Below are positions 1 to 12,836 of a stretch of DNA of 64,000 bases, in pieces. Position 1 is the first letter of the stretch, and each line of letters opens with the position of its first letter. Made by a program: the position numbers and the translations under genes. The stretch comes from Octopus vulgaris. Its lineage: Eukaryota. The DNA lies in the NCBI GenBank assembly GCA_951406725.2, contig OX597833.1, positions 54,622,001 to 54,686,000 of the forward strand, read 5' to 3'. Under the pieces are notes generated by a model. That model was not told the origin of the DNA, made no database searches, and saw only the letters and a list, made by a program, of their open reading frames with translations.

Positions 1-439
1 CGAACGGCTTTTGTGTGTTTCTTAAATGGCTTACAAACACCTTCCGTGCTGCAGTTGTAATACTGTTGTGCTTCTCTTGTGTTATCTGTATTGTTTTTAT
101 ACCAGTTTGTGTCGCGTGATTTCTAGGTTTCTCCCAATGATAGTGTTTGGGAATGGGTGAAAGAGATGTAGCTGGGTTGTGTAGACTTGTGAGAAGGTTG
201 CGTAGAATTGGTGAGACTGGAGTTTTGTTGATTTTTATGTGATTTTGTATCTTCTCAAGTATGTTGTTGTGCATGCCTTGTTAGTTTTTCGGTGTGGGTA
301 TTGCTTGTTGCGTTTGCTACTACAAGCAAGACTTCAAAGTATATTTCCAGGCCCTTGTTGTAGTTTTACTAGGCCTGTTATGTCGTATTGGGTTGTAATT
401 AAGGACTTGAGATGGAGGAGGCAGCTAGCTTGTTGAGAA

Positions 440-676
440 AGGAAGAGAGAGAAAGAGAGAGGCGGAGAGAAAGATAGATAGAGAGAAAGAGAGAAGGGTA
501 GAGAAAGATATATCGAGAGAGAGAAAGAGAGAGGGGGAGAGAAAGATATACAGAGAGAAAGAGAGAGGGGGAGAGAAAGATATATCGAGAGAGAGAAAGA
601 GAGAGGGGAAGAGAAAGATAGACAGAGAGAAAGAGAGAGGGGGAGAGAAAGATATATCGAGAGAGAGAAAGAGAGA

Positions 677-708
<32 letters not shown>

Positions 709-1045
709 GGGGAGAGAAAGATAGATAGAGAGAGAGAGGGGGAGAGAGATAGATAGAGAGAGAAATTAAATTATTTTATCGATCATATTGGATGACTATA
801 TATATATGTAGTTACTCTCACTCCACCCTCTCTCTCTCTTTCCCTTATCTTCCCTCTCTCTCTCTCTTTCCCTTATCCTCCCCCTCTCTCTTTTTCTTTT
901 GTCCTCATTCACACATCTCTCTTTGCCTCTTTCCCCTTCTTTCTCTTTCTTTTGCCCTCTCTCTCTCTCATGTGCACATCTTTCTTTGCCGCTTCCCTCT
1001 CTCCTTCTCTCTCCGTCTTTCTCTCTCTCTCTTTCCCTCTCTCTA
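440..1045. repeat. GA-rich minisatellite followed by CT-rich low-complexity tract
   Basis: Repeated gagagaaagagagagggggagagaaagatata units at 440-765; CT-rich tract at ~815-1045. Confidence 0.9.
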
Positions 1046-1191
1046 TGCTAAAAAGAGAGAAGCGGAATATATAGATTACAATAGATAATTGGATTTGAAG
1101 AGTTGGTGGTAGAGTTATTTCCATACAATATAACATGAATAAATGAATGAATGAATGAATAATCTTGGGAACATTTCGGTTAAAACACAGA

Positions 1192-1202
1192 GTAATGATG
1201 AC

Positions 1203-1252
<50 letters not shown>

Positions 1253-1745
1253 CGATGACGATAATGCTGCTGCTGATGATGATGATGATGACGACGACGA
1301 TGATGACGATAACGCTGATGATGATGATGATGACGACGACGACGATCATGCTGATGATGATGATGACGACGACGACGATGATGATGACGACGACGATGAT
1401 GACGATAACGCTGATGATGATGATGATGATGACGACGACGATGATGACGATAACGCTGCTGCTGATGATGATGACGACGACGACGATCATGCTGATGATG
1501 ATGATGACGACGACGATGATGACGTTGATGATGATGATGATGATGACAACGATGATGATGGCAACGATGATGATGACGACAATGATGATGATGATGATGA
1601 TGATGATGGTGGTGATGATGATGATGATGACGACGATGATGATGACGATGACAATGATGTTGATGATGATGATGACAACAATAATAATGATGACGATGAT
1701 GATCATCATCATCATGATCATGATGGTGGTAGTGATGATGATGAA
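1192..1745. repeat. (GAT/GAC)n trinucleotide microsatellite with recurrent interruptions
   Basis: Directly visible; explains the poly-D/M/I/H/S ORFs. Confidence 0.95.
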
Positions 1746-2273
1746 GATATATCACTGTATATACAATGTACATATTTCTGTTGAATATAAAACACTGAAA
1801 CAGCATTCCAGCTTCTGATTACAATAGACTCCCCTACAGCAAGACACCTGTTTCTGTCTCTTGATCATGTTTTAATCACTCGACACCTGCCTTAAAACCA
1901 CCTCCTTCGATGCCACTACTCTGTCTCTCAGTTGAAGTGGTTGGGTTGGGTCTTAGTCTTGCGAGTTACTTGGTGACTTCACTAGTGCAGGTGCCACATA
2001 AAAAAAGTGGGGGCTGGGACCCCTGTGATGCACTCTGTAAAGTGGTTGGTGATAGGAAGAGCATCCAGCTGTCGAAACTATACTGAAGCTGACATTGGAG
2101 CGTGGCGCCGTCCTCCAGCGCAGTGGATCATGTCAAACCATTCAACCCATGCTAGCATGGGAAATGGATATTAAATGACAATGATGATGATAATAATGAT
2201 GACAATGACGATGATGATGATCATCATCGTCATTGTCATCATCATGTTCATGGTAATGATTATGACGGCTTCA

Positions 2274-2506
2274 AGGTGGCAAGTTGGCAGAAACGTTAGC
2301 ACACTGGGCAAAATGCGTAGCTGTATTTCATCTGCCGTTACGTTCTGAGTTCAAATTCCACCAAGGTCGACTTTGCCTTTCATCCTTTCGGGGTCGATAA
2401 ATTAAATACCAGTTACGCACTGGGGTCGATGTAATCGACTTAATCCATTTGTCTGTCCTTGTTTGTCCTCTCTGTGTTTAGCCCCTTGTGGGTAGTAAAG
2501 AAATAG
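2274..2506 (+). mobile_element. tRNA-derived SINE, family A (Meta-domain-like central region)
   Basis: A/B-box-like head (ggcagaaacgttag...gagttcaaattcc); core gtcgactttgcctttcatcctttcggggtcgataa; ~15-bp TSD attatgacggcttca/atcatgatggcttca. Confidence 0.85.
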
Positions 2507-3587
2507 ATCATGATGGCTTCATTTCATATCATTCCAGTCTACTCAACTGTAAAGGAATACCAGTCATGTACTGGTGCATTTGTCTCCTCTGATCCAGCAG
2601 CACTACATGGGAGACATAGTGGAGGCCAAAAAGAATGCCTATGTCTGCTAATAAATATATATACATTTAGTGAAAGCATAGCATATGCTATCAAGCTATA
2701 CTCGCTCACAAGTGATGAGACTCCAAAGACAAGATTTACAATGATACAAATAGCAACAAATAGTTTGTAATTTGTACAAACTATTTGTATCTCTCTCATG
2801 TGTCATGGCATATTCATACTGTTGACTAATCATGGCTTGTTCCTCCTCCATTTATTTCTGTCGCTCGCAACATCACCCAGGTCTTTCTCACTCTGTGCAT
2901 TCATTCTCTTCTTCATCCAATCAAACATTTTCATTCTCTGTCTTCCTCTCGCTCTCCTTCCCACCAGCTCAGTCTCCACCATGTAATGCTCCATTCCATT
3001 ATCCTCTCTGAGAAAATGACCAACAAATCTCCACTGTCTCTCTCTGATAGAATCCATCAACTGTCTCTTCACTTTCATCTTCTTCAACACTTCCACATTC
3101 GTCACCCTCTGTACCTGCAAGATTCTAAGCATTTTTCTATAAAACCATATTTTTGCAGCTTTGAGCCTCTTCTCTATAACTTTGCTTATTTTCCAAGACT
3201 CACATCCATATGTTAGCACCGACCAGATGTAGTACCCCAATAGTCTTTTCTTGACTTCCATTCCAATTCTCTTTGCACAAAAATGCTCCTCATATCGACA
3301 AAAGTCTTCTTTGCTAATCCAATTCTGCACTTGATGTCCTTGTATGACCTTCCAGCTGATGTTATCCAACTTCCCAGGTATATGGAACTGACCTTCTTCT
3401 CTATCCCAGTTTTATTCACCATCAAGCAACATGTGAGTACCTGTGCTTTCTTGGTACAGACCACTGAGAAGGTTTTCTGGAAGTTAATCATCAATCCAAG
3501 CTTTCCACTCTCCTCCATCATGATATTAATCAATCCCTGAAGCTTCTCTTCTGTGTCCGCAAACAAAGCCATATCGTCTACATACCT

Positions 3588-3851
3588 ATTTCTTTATTAC
3601 CTACAAGGGGCTAAACATAGAGGGGACAAACAAGGACAGACATAGGTATTAAGTCGATTACATCGACCCCAGTGCGGAACTGGTACTTAATTTATCGACC
3701 CCAGTGCGGAACTGGTACTTAATTTATCGACCCCGAAAGGATGGAAGGCAAAGTCAACCTCGGCGGAATTTGAACTCACAACGTAACGACAGACGAAATA
3801 CCGCAAAGCATTTTGCCCGGCGTGTTAACGTTTCTGCCAGCTCGCCGCCTT
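3588..3851 (-). mobile_element. SINE family A nested in the RTE RT
   Basis: Family A sequence with an internal 32-bp tandem duplication; TSD catatcgtctacatacct at 3570-3587 and 3852-3869. Confidence 0.9.
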
Positions 3852-4211
3852 CATATCGTCTACATACCTCAAATTGTTATAATTCTTTTCCCCTCAGTTG
3901 TAGCCCTGAAATTGTCTTGATCTTGCTTAGAGCTTTCTCACTATACAGGTTGAATAAACCAAGTGACAAAATACAACCCTGCCGGATGCCTTTCTGAATG
4001 TCAGTCCAGTTGCCCAATTCTCCATGCACTTTGATGGTTGCTTTCTGGTCCCGAGGTCCCAATACAAATTTCAGATCATTTTTAGATCTTTCCCATCTAC
4101 CTCGAGCTCTTCCAACATTCTCACCAACTCTTCATGCTTGACACAGTCAAATGCCTTCACATAGTCAATAAAACAGATGTACAAGTCTTTTTGTTTCTCC
4201 ATACACTTTTC

Positions 4212-4468
4212 AGAGGCACGTGGTTTTGTGGTTAGGGTGTCAGCATCATGATCGTAAGATTGTGGTTTCAATTCCTGGACCGGGCAACGCATTGTGTTCT
4301 TGAGCAAAACACTTCATTTTTGCTCCAGTCCACTCAGCTGGCAAAAATGAGTAACGCTGCGATGGACTGGTGTCCCATCTAGCTCGGGAACACATACGCC
4401 ATAGAAACCGGGAAACTGGGCCCATGAGCCTGGCTAGGCTTTAAAAGGGCGCACTTATTTATATTATT
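4212..4468 (+). mobile_element. tRNA-derived SINE, family E, nested in the RTE
   Basis: Head gaggcacgtgg...tggttagg...ggtttcaattcc; CORE-like gttcttgagcaaaacactt; TSD atacacttttc at 4201-4211 and 4469-4479. Confidence 0.85.
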
Positions 4469-5339
4469 ATACACTTTTCCACCAACGTCCTCAAGCAGCA
4501 TTTCTTGTCCCCTTTACTGTTCGATAACCAAACTGTTCATCTGATAGGTTTCCCCTAATAGTACCTTTCACTCAATTCAACTCCAAATAATCTCAAAATA
4601 ATCTTTGTCCCATGACTCATTAGGTTTATCGTCCTGTGATTTTTGTACTCAATTGCTCCAGACTTTTTAGGCAAGGCGATGAAGATTGATTCCAGCATTT
4701 CTTCAGGAACATCCCCCAATTTGCTAGGCTTACAAAGAATAAATCTTGGGATCAACTTCTTCAACTAAAAAAAACCTCCAGGATTGATGGTGCTCCAGCT
4801 TGGCCACAGTCAAATATCTGAAACAAGTAAAAGAATAAAAGAATAAAACACTGTACATCTACAAAGGGATTCTTTCATTGCTACTTCAGTAAGTACAATG
4901 AAATTAATGTTCCACTAAGGAAATATAATAAGGCCAGAACATGTCATGAGTTACTTCTCATAGTTGCTGAATTAATTCAAATAATGGTACTAGTTTCAAA
5001 TTTTGGCACAAGGCCAACAGTTTCATGGGAAGTGGATAAGCTGATTAAATAAGCTCCAGTGCTCAAGGCAGTGAACTGGTAGAACCATTAACATGCTAGG
5101 CAAAATGTTTAGTGGCACCTCATCCACCTTTATGTTCTGAGTTCAAATTCTACTGAGGTTGACCGAGCATTTTGCCTTTTCGGGACAGACAAAATAAATA
5201 CCAGTTGAACACTTCAGTCTATGTAATCACACCCTTAGTTTCGGGTTGTGAAATTAGGTGTTTGCAGCTGACTTACAGATTGGTCACACTACAATCTGGG
5301 GAGTTACCTGACCCAAATATTTATTCTTTTTTCTTCTGT

Positions 5340-5826
5340 TCGGTTCAGAGAGATGTAAACACTCCAACATCAGTTGTCAAGCGATGGTGGGGGGACAAAC
5401 ACAGACACACAAATACATACATACATACATATTCGAGGCTTTCTTTCAAGGAATCTAATGCGCTTGGCTTAGATTTTCCTTTGGGGCTGGCCAGGTCGGA
5501 GCAATCTCAAGATTAATCAGCCGAAATTGCGAGGAGGATCCGGTTCTTGACTGAAGATTGAAAGCTTCGAATGTTCTGTCTGTGTTTTTTGTATCGTCTT
5601 CTAAATGTTTTGTGTTCTTGTCCCAGTTTATATTTTTTTACATATACATATATATATATATACGATGGGCTTCTTTCAGTTTCCATCTACCAAATCCACT
5701 CACAAGACCTTGGTCAGCCCGAGACTGTAGTAGAAACCACTTGCCCAAGGTGCCATGCAGGGGGACTGAACCCAGAACTCTGTGGTCAGAAAGCAAGCAT
5801 CTTACCACACAGCCACTCCTGTGCCT
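5340..5826 (-). mobile_element. SINE family B (tRNA head + CORE-like domain + internal microsatellite) with an unrelated insert at ~5432-5640
   Basis: Matches the other family B copies (ccacacagccactcc; cacttgcccaaggtgcca; tctaccaaatccactcacaag). Confidence 0.8.
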
Positions 5827-6115
5827 ATTAATAAAATTATTAAAATCTTTAAACTAAAAATCAGAGTGAATCAATGTTATCAAAAAGACCAATATGCAGA
5901 CTTCCAGTTTCTACATTTTAGTAAACAGATGCCTCAAAAACGTTTCCATAACAACTTGGAAACTGAAAAGCCTAGGCCCAGGGTACATGCCTGGTCTAAT
6001 GATATGTTGCTGTCTACTTCAGATCCCTGTGATATCAAGTGGATAGGTCACATCCCTGATTTTTATTAAAATTTTTGGTGTGACCTATTGGTGAGTATAT
6101 ATGGTAACTCATTTC

Positions 6116-6527
6116 AGATCTTTTCGGTTTGAACGGCAGTTTTTAACATAATTTCTAGGTAACTAAAAAAATTTTTAACTTCGTATACTGGTAGAATGTG
6201 TTTATAAATTATCCTTTTCTCTTGGCTTTTTTGAGAAAATTCTATAGTTTGTAAGATATTTGTTGTTTTCTTTCTTCAATTTCTGCAATTTCAACCCATC
6301 AATGACATCCATTGAGGTAAAAAACATTCTGTGCTGTATAAATATGTCCCTCGTTTAAGAAACAGATTGGGTTTATTTACATTTGTGAAGAAAAAAAGAT
6401 ACCCTTCCCTCCACCCCTAACCTTAAGACAGATTGAAATGCAATAGATCAATACTAGGATCATAATTATGGGTGACAATTTCATATGACACCGCTAGAAA
6501 AAACTGCCGTTCAAACCGAAAAGACCC
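6116..6527. mobile_element. MITE with ~29-bp TIRs and 8-bp TSD (Merlin- or hAT-type)
   Basis: TIR agatcttttcggtttgaacggcagttttt / aaaaactgccgttcaaaccgaaaagaccc; TSD ctcatttc at 6108-6115 and 6528-6535; second copy at 51803. Confidence 0.85.
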
Positions 6528-7256
6528 CTCATTTCCTGTGCCTCAAATGCCCATGCACATAATGGAGTACACACGGTTCTTGTGCAGCGGAGGTTAATTC
6601 TCATTGCTTGAAATATTGAAATATGCAAACACTTATTGAACTACACTGTACTATGATTATCCAGTTCTAAGCAGGTGAACGAGCAGTGGTAGACTGCTTA
6701 TTAGTACAACACGTGACCGCATGCCAGGACATCAGCTCTCAAAGAAACATTACTGCGAATGTGAGTTCAAGAAGAGTTCAACTTAATCCAACGTTAGCAG
6801 CCTCATTAAGGAATCAATCTATGTTCCAGCCATTTCTGCAGGCCACAAAAATGAGAAATGACTTATTATTCTCTAAGCAAGCCACAAAAACAGCTTGTTT
6901 GAATGGAAATAAAACACCTATTACCGAACATAATTGCCAAACACTAACGATGCAATATCTCTTAGAATATGGATGACATATCACCTGTCTATTGAAAATT
7001 CAGCTACCTGGTAATTGCATTATTTATTTATTTGTTTATTTATTACATTTTATCTTACTTTATTTTATATCACAATTTGAGAGCAATAGTGTTGTTGGTC
7101 GTATGTCTCCAATAGGTCAATCGCAGGTTTATTGTATTTCTGATGACAAAGGATCAAAAAAATGTATCCACAGTTCAATTGAAAGCACTTCATTTTGCAG
7201 AAAGGTGTTTTTCCCTGGTGTTTGTATTTTTCATTGATATAGACTGACAAAAGATA

Positions 7257-7390
7257 TACGAGATGGTATCAGAAATTTCCTGGACTAGTTCTGTAGCAAC
7301 ACACACATGGTTGCGTGCACAGTGAGAGCCAGCAGTGACCTTCATGAGGTACTGTGTTGAGTGACATTGCTGTGTTTACTTTACAAGTTG
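7257..7390 (+). mobile_element. Tc1/mariner-like left end
   Basis: TA followed by cgagatggtatcagaaatttcctggact, resembling mariner TIRs. Confidence 0.5.
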
Positions 7391-8499
7391 TGAAATTTGT
7401 GATTTTGTGATGAAAGAGCCAATGCAAAATTTGTGCTTTCGTGATGAAAGAGCCAATGTGAAATTTGTGCTTTTATGATGAAAAAGCCAACGTGAAATTT
7501 GTGCTTTTATGATCAAAGAGCCAACATGAAATTTGTGATTTTATGACGAAAGAGTCAATGTGAAATTTGTGTTTTGTGACGAAAGAGTCAATGTGAAATT
7601 TGTGCTTTTGTGATGAAAGAGCCAACATGAAATTTGTGCTTTTATGATGAAAGAGCCAATGCGAAATTTGTGTTTTTATGATGAAAGAGCCGTGAAATTT
7701 GTGCTTTTGTGATGAAAGAACCAATGCGAAATTTGTGCTTTTATGATGAAAGAACCAACATGAAATTTGTGCTTTTATGATGAAAGAGCCAATGCGAAAT
7801 TTGTGTTTTTATGATGAAAGAGCCGTGTAATTTGTGCTTTTGTGACGAAAGAGCCAATGCGAAATTTGTGTTTTTATGATGAAACAGCCGTGAAATTTGT
7901 GCTTTTGTGATGAAAGAGCCAATGCAAAATTTGTGCTTTTATGATGAAAGAGCCGTGAAATTTGTGCTTTTGTGATGAAAGAGCCAATGCGAAATTTGTG
8001 CTTTTATGATGAAACAGCCGTGAAATTTGTGCTTTTGTGATGAAAGAGCCAATGCAAAATTTGTGCTTTTATGATGAAAGAGCTGTGAAATTTGTGCTTT
8101 TGTGATGAAAGAGCCAATGCGAAATTTGTGCTTTTATGATGAAACAGCCGTGAAATTTGTGCTTTTGTGATGAAAGAGCCAATGCGAATTTTGTGTTTTT
8201 ATGATGAAACAGCCGTGAAATTTGTGCTTTTATGATGAAAGTGCCAATGCAAAATTTGTGCTTTTATGATGAAACAGCCGTGAAATTTGTGCTTTTGTGA
8301 TGAAAGTGCCAATGCAAAATTTGTGCTTTTATGATGAAAGAGCCGTGAAATTTGTGCTTTTGTGATGAAAGAGCCAATGCAAAATTTGTGCTTTTATGAT
8401 GAAAGAGCCGTGAAATTTGTGCTTTTGTGATGAAAGAGCCAACGTGAAATTTGTGCTTTTATGATGAAAGAGCCAACGTGAAATTTATGCTTTTGTGAT
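7389..8499. repeat. Minisatellite of 30/33-bp units (gtgaaatttgtgcttttRtgatgaaagagcc[aat])
   Basis: About 35 tandem units visible; 33- and 30-bp units alternate in the middle of the array. Confidence 0.95.
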
Positions 8500-8969
8500 A
8501 TTTGGGCCTGATATGATTGGTTTAAATGCTGAGGGATTAACAGAATGGCCTTGAAATTGTTGTTTGAGTTCACCATAAACAGGCAGCTGTGGACAACAAT
8601 TGTTTAGCCACTGGATCAAGGGTTGGAGACACTTAATTTTCTACTAATGCTGAATCATGCACAACAAACAAGAATTGGTAGACAGGTACAGTGAGCAGAC
8701 AGAGGTCACTGAGTACACAGAATAACTGGATTGGCAGGTGTTTTGGTCTCTTGGTAAGCTGAGTTCAAAACATTTTCATGGGTCTACGGAATGTAAAATG
8801 GGAACTGCTTCATCTTATGTCCCCTATAAAATAGATGTCGTACTCCTGCTACCCTTAATAACAGTGGGACCAGAATGAAACTATAGGACATAGCTGCTTT
8901 GATGCTGAGGATTTGGCATGACTGACCGAGACATTCGGCCTGTTTTGACAACAATACATTTTGGTACTG

Positions 8970-8986
8970 GACACAAACACATGCAT

Positions 8987-9041
<55 letters not shown>

Positions 9042-9440
9042 TGCAGACTCACACACATGCACAGACTCACATATGCAGACACACGCACATATACATACAT
9101 ACAGGCACACAAAATGTACACACTTACATGCGCACACACACACACATGCACACACACATACACATTCAGAAACACATACACACACACATGCACACACACA
9201 GACACATACACATTCAGACACACATACACACATGCATGCTCACAAACATACACACACATGCATGTGCAGAAATATATACATGCAGACAGGGAGAGAGAGA
9301 CATTATTCATACATACAAGCGTAACCAGATGTTCACATCACTCACATAAACAGGAAGAGAGAGGGGGAAGGAGAGAGAATTGGAGAGAGAGAGAGAGAGG
9401 GAGAGCAAGAAAGAGAGAGAGAGGGGAGAGCAAGAACAAG
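8970..9440. repeat. (CA)n compound microsatellite and GA tract
   Basis: Directly visible. Confidence 0.9.
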
Positions 9441-10563
9441 AGAGGCGTTAAAATGAGAAAAACAAGAGAAACATGAAAACATCTAATGTCAAATAAATGA
9501 GAGTCGAACCAGCAATGCCAAACAGGCGGCGCCAAAACAGCTGTGCCAGAACGTCTCACATCCCAGTAGATTTATTCGTAATACAGCAGCCAACTTCAAC
9601 CTAAAACTGTTTCCATTAAGTATGTGAATACTGGCAGTGATAAATTGATGTATTTCACAATATTTAATGTCATTTACAATTTCATGACATGTCTCTGGTG
9701 ATGGTTTGATACAGGAGAATAAAAAGAATAACAAAAAAAAAAAAATTAATAATAAAAGAAATCTTCATATTTTATACTTGATAGGAATAACTTTTCGTTT
9801 TGTTGTTGCTATACAGATGCATCATTCCAAGCTTCTAGATCTTTCCAATGTTCGTGAATATTCAGCAAGTAGCACAATATCTTTGTCTATATTTTGTATA
9901 TCGAATGCTAATGAAAACTTAATATTTGTGTTACCATAAATACTCTTTGTTGAATGTTTCATCATATGCTTTCGAAACCATCGGCGTTGTTAGACAATAT
10001 GGAAAGAATAAAGACGACAGCCTCACTGTATCAACAACTCATAGTAGATATGGATGTTACCTTTGACTAAGCAGTGACAAACGGATCAAAAGAATTACAG
10101 ATCAGTATACATTTTTTTTTCTCGGCCGTTAATCTGAAAATAAAGAGAAAGGTTACAGTTCAAAGCTATATTCTATGATATAGAATAATAACTATGAGAT
10201 TCGACTGAGCTGAGAACACCAGAGCAAGTTAGTTAGTCACAGATTTATATTTCGATCTTTTAAAACCATTTGTAACCATATATACTTAATGAAATATACT
10301 ACCTACGGATTATAGTTAGTAGTGAAAATAATCAGACATTTGGAATTATTAAGCATAATAAACGGCTCTTTCTTCATTAAGCTGTAATTTGGAATTTAAA
10401 TTACCAAAAAGATATTACACAGAATTATGATGGAGTACTTAAAGTTAGATATAAGCATTTTAAAATAAATGGTTTTCTATCTAAGAACCAGAATTGGTTT
10501 CAAACAGATTGCTGTGAATAGTTTAAATCTGAAGATTATATAGATGCCATTATAACAACGATG

Positions 10564-10601
<38 letters not shown>

Positions 10602-10604
<3 letters not shown>

Positions 10605-11205
10605 TTTTCTTCTTTTACTTGTTTGAGTTATTTGACTGTGGCCATGCTAGAGCGCCGCCTTTAGTCAAACAAATCGACCCCAGGAATTATTCTTTGTAAG
10701 CCTAGTACTTATTCTATTGGCCTTCCTTGCTGAACCAACGAGTTACAGGGACATAAACACACCAACATCAGTTGTCAAGCAATGATGGTGGGGAGGCTGA
10801 ACACAGACACATAAATACATACATACATACATATATATATATATATACATATCACATGATCACATGACCGACCAGGCTATCAGATGTTGCTACACATCGC
10901 TGGTCACAATGTGCTTCACATTGTTTTAGCCTTCAAATGATGCCACTCCATTAGCTAAGTGACCAGGCCAACAGAAGAAAGAGTGAGAGAAGCTGTAGCG
11001 AAAAGTGTACAGCAGGGATTGCCACCACCCCCTACCAGGGTCTTGTGGATTTTTAGATGTTTTCGCTCAATAAAGACTCACAAGGCTTTGGTCAGCCCAA
11101 GACTATAGTAGAAGACACTTGAACAAGGTGCCATGCAGTGGGACTGAACCCAGAACCAAGTGGTTGGGAAGCAAGCTTCTTACCACATAGCTACTTCTGC
11201 GCCTA
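10602..11205 (-). mobile_element. SINE family B with a family D fragment inside (~10850-11075)
   Basis: Family B tail and head motifs; the insert matches the 3' part of 49015-49318. Confidence 0.8.
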
Positions 11206-11239
<34 letters not shown>

Positions 11240-11249
11240 CATATATGTA

Positions 11250-11495
11250 CATCATCATCATCATCATCATCGTTTAACGTCCGCTTTCCATGCTAGCATG
11301 GGGTGGACAGTTCAACTGGGGTCTGGGAAGCCTGAAGGCTGCACCAGGCCAGTCATATCTGGCGGTGTTTCTACAGCTGGATGCCCTTCCTAACGCCAAC
11401 TACTCCGTGAGTGTAGTGGGTGCTTTTTATGTGCCACCGACACAGGTGCCAGATGAGGCTGGCGACCGGCCACGCTTGGATGGTGCTTTTTACGT
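11250..11495 (-). mobile_element. SINE family C (RTE-like 3' end with (GAT)n tail)
   Basis: catcatcgtttaacgtccgctttccatgctagc...ctacagctggatgcccttcctaacgccaac. Confidence 0.85.
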
Positions 11496-11806
11496 AGTTA
11501 TAAATACATATCCTTATACATACAAATAAATATATATGTAGATATATTGTATGTATATATTTTAATATATTGTAATACTTACAATATTTAATAAAATGAT
11601 GTAGCTTGAAACGATTGTACCAAATTACCGAAGTTATTCTTGTTGCTTATTTTGATTATAATCACCCCACGGATTTATATGGATAACACCATACAAAATT
11701 CTGGTGCATCTAACTTAAGTACCATATTCATTTGAATCTAAATTTTGCTGAACTTATATATATATATATATATATATATAGACATACACACACATATGTA
11801 TATGTG

Positions 11807-11867
<61 letters not shown>

Positions 11868-11939
11868 ATATACATTCATATATATATATTAGAGGTAGTG
11901 TTATGATGCTGTAAGAATTGTGACAGGCAATTTCGTTCA

Positions 11940-12540
11940 ATCTAAAACCTATACCGAGTGTCGTCTAAGTTGTTTTCCTCCAGGTATGTTATTACTTTTT
12001 GTCTTCGGACAAGGCGTTGGGTAATTTTAGATGTGTAAGACGTGAGGGAAACAGGTCTGTAATTTTTAGCTTCAGCACTGCTACCTCCTTTGTACTTAGG
12101 TTTTATTATAGCTTCTTTCTCAGGAATAAGGCGATATCTGGCAACTTTTGTTATAGTACCTTTAATGATTTCATGAGGCGGTTTTTGCACGTTTTTTAGC
12201 AATATAACTGGAATACTATCTGGTACAGATGCTGAGTTAGAGTCTAAAACATTAATAGCCACAAGTATATCAGCTTCCATGATATTAATTTTAAGCTGTG
12301 TCTCTGCACTTGAGTTATGGGATCAAAGAATTTGCTTGGATTATGCACGGGGCTGCGATATGGACAGAGAATGCGGCCTTCCACCTGTTGAAACGAAAGT
12401 GTCGGGGATAGAGTTTGTGATCATGCCCACAAAGACCTCTATCTGGTGCAGGGGTGAAAATCTCCACAAATGGTAGGTTTACATGTCCGTTGAAGATGTT
12501 GAAAGCCGGATGAGATCTCCCTGCATCCTCCGTGTATGTT
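11940..12540 (-). mobile_element. CR1/L2-like LINE fragments
   Basis: KGGSSAEAKNYRPVSLTSYTSKI...YLEENNL (RT N-terminal region) and RRMQGDLI...RGLCGHDHKLY...AFSV (CR1-type C-terminus). Confidence 0.75.
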
Positions 12541-12552
12541 TGTGTAATGATA

Positions 12553-12556
<4 letters not shown>

Positions 12557-12604
<48 letters not shown>

Positions 12605-12836
12605 TTATATATATATATATTTCTAAATTTTTGGTATGTGGTGAAGCAACTTGCTAAACCCTTAATTATTGTTATAATTATGTATGTATGTATGTATGTA
12701 TGTATGTATGTATGTATGTATGTATGTATGTATGTATGTATGTATGTATGTATGTATGTATGTATGTATGTATGTATGTATGTATGTATGTATGTATGTA
12801 TGTATGTATGTATGTATGTATGTATGTATGTATGTG
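12557..12836. repeat. (TG)n and long pure (TATG)n microsatellites
   Basis: Directly visible. Confidence 0.95.

Larger units (their letters stand above)
2826..4722 (-). mobile_element. Decayed RTE-clade LINE reverse transcriptase, interrupted by two SINEs
   Basis: Frameshifted motifs: FIALPKKSGAIEYKNHRTINLMSH, LYICFIDYVKAFDCVKH, KGIRQGCILS, RYVDDMALFAD, YLGSWIT, SVLTYGCESW, GRRARGRQRMK. Confidence 0.92.

Noticed and set aside
1-435. Possible retroelement fragment at the window edge
   Set aside because: Strand-biased composition but no identifiable motif
1155-1784. Asp-rich 209-aa ORF resembling acidic biomineralisation proteins
   Set aside because: (GAT)n is automatically open in the D and M frames; no signal peptide or splice support
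5500-5580. Possible hammerhead (cagccgaaattgc / ctgaagattgaa)
   Set aside because: Could not build consistent stems I-III
7389-8499. CRISPR-like array
   Set aside because: Units are contiguous with no unique spacers, there are no cas genes, and the context is eukaryotic
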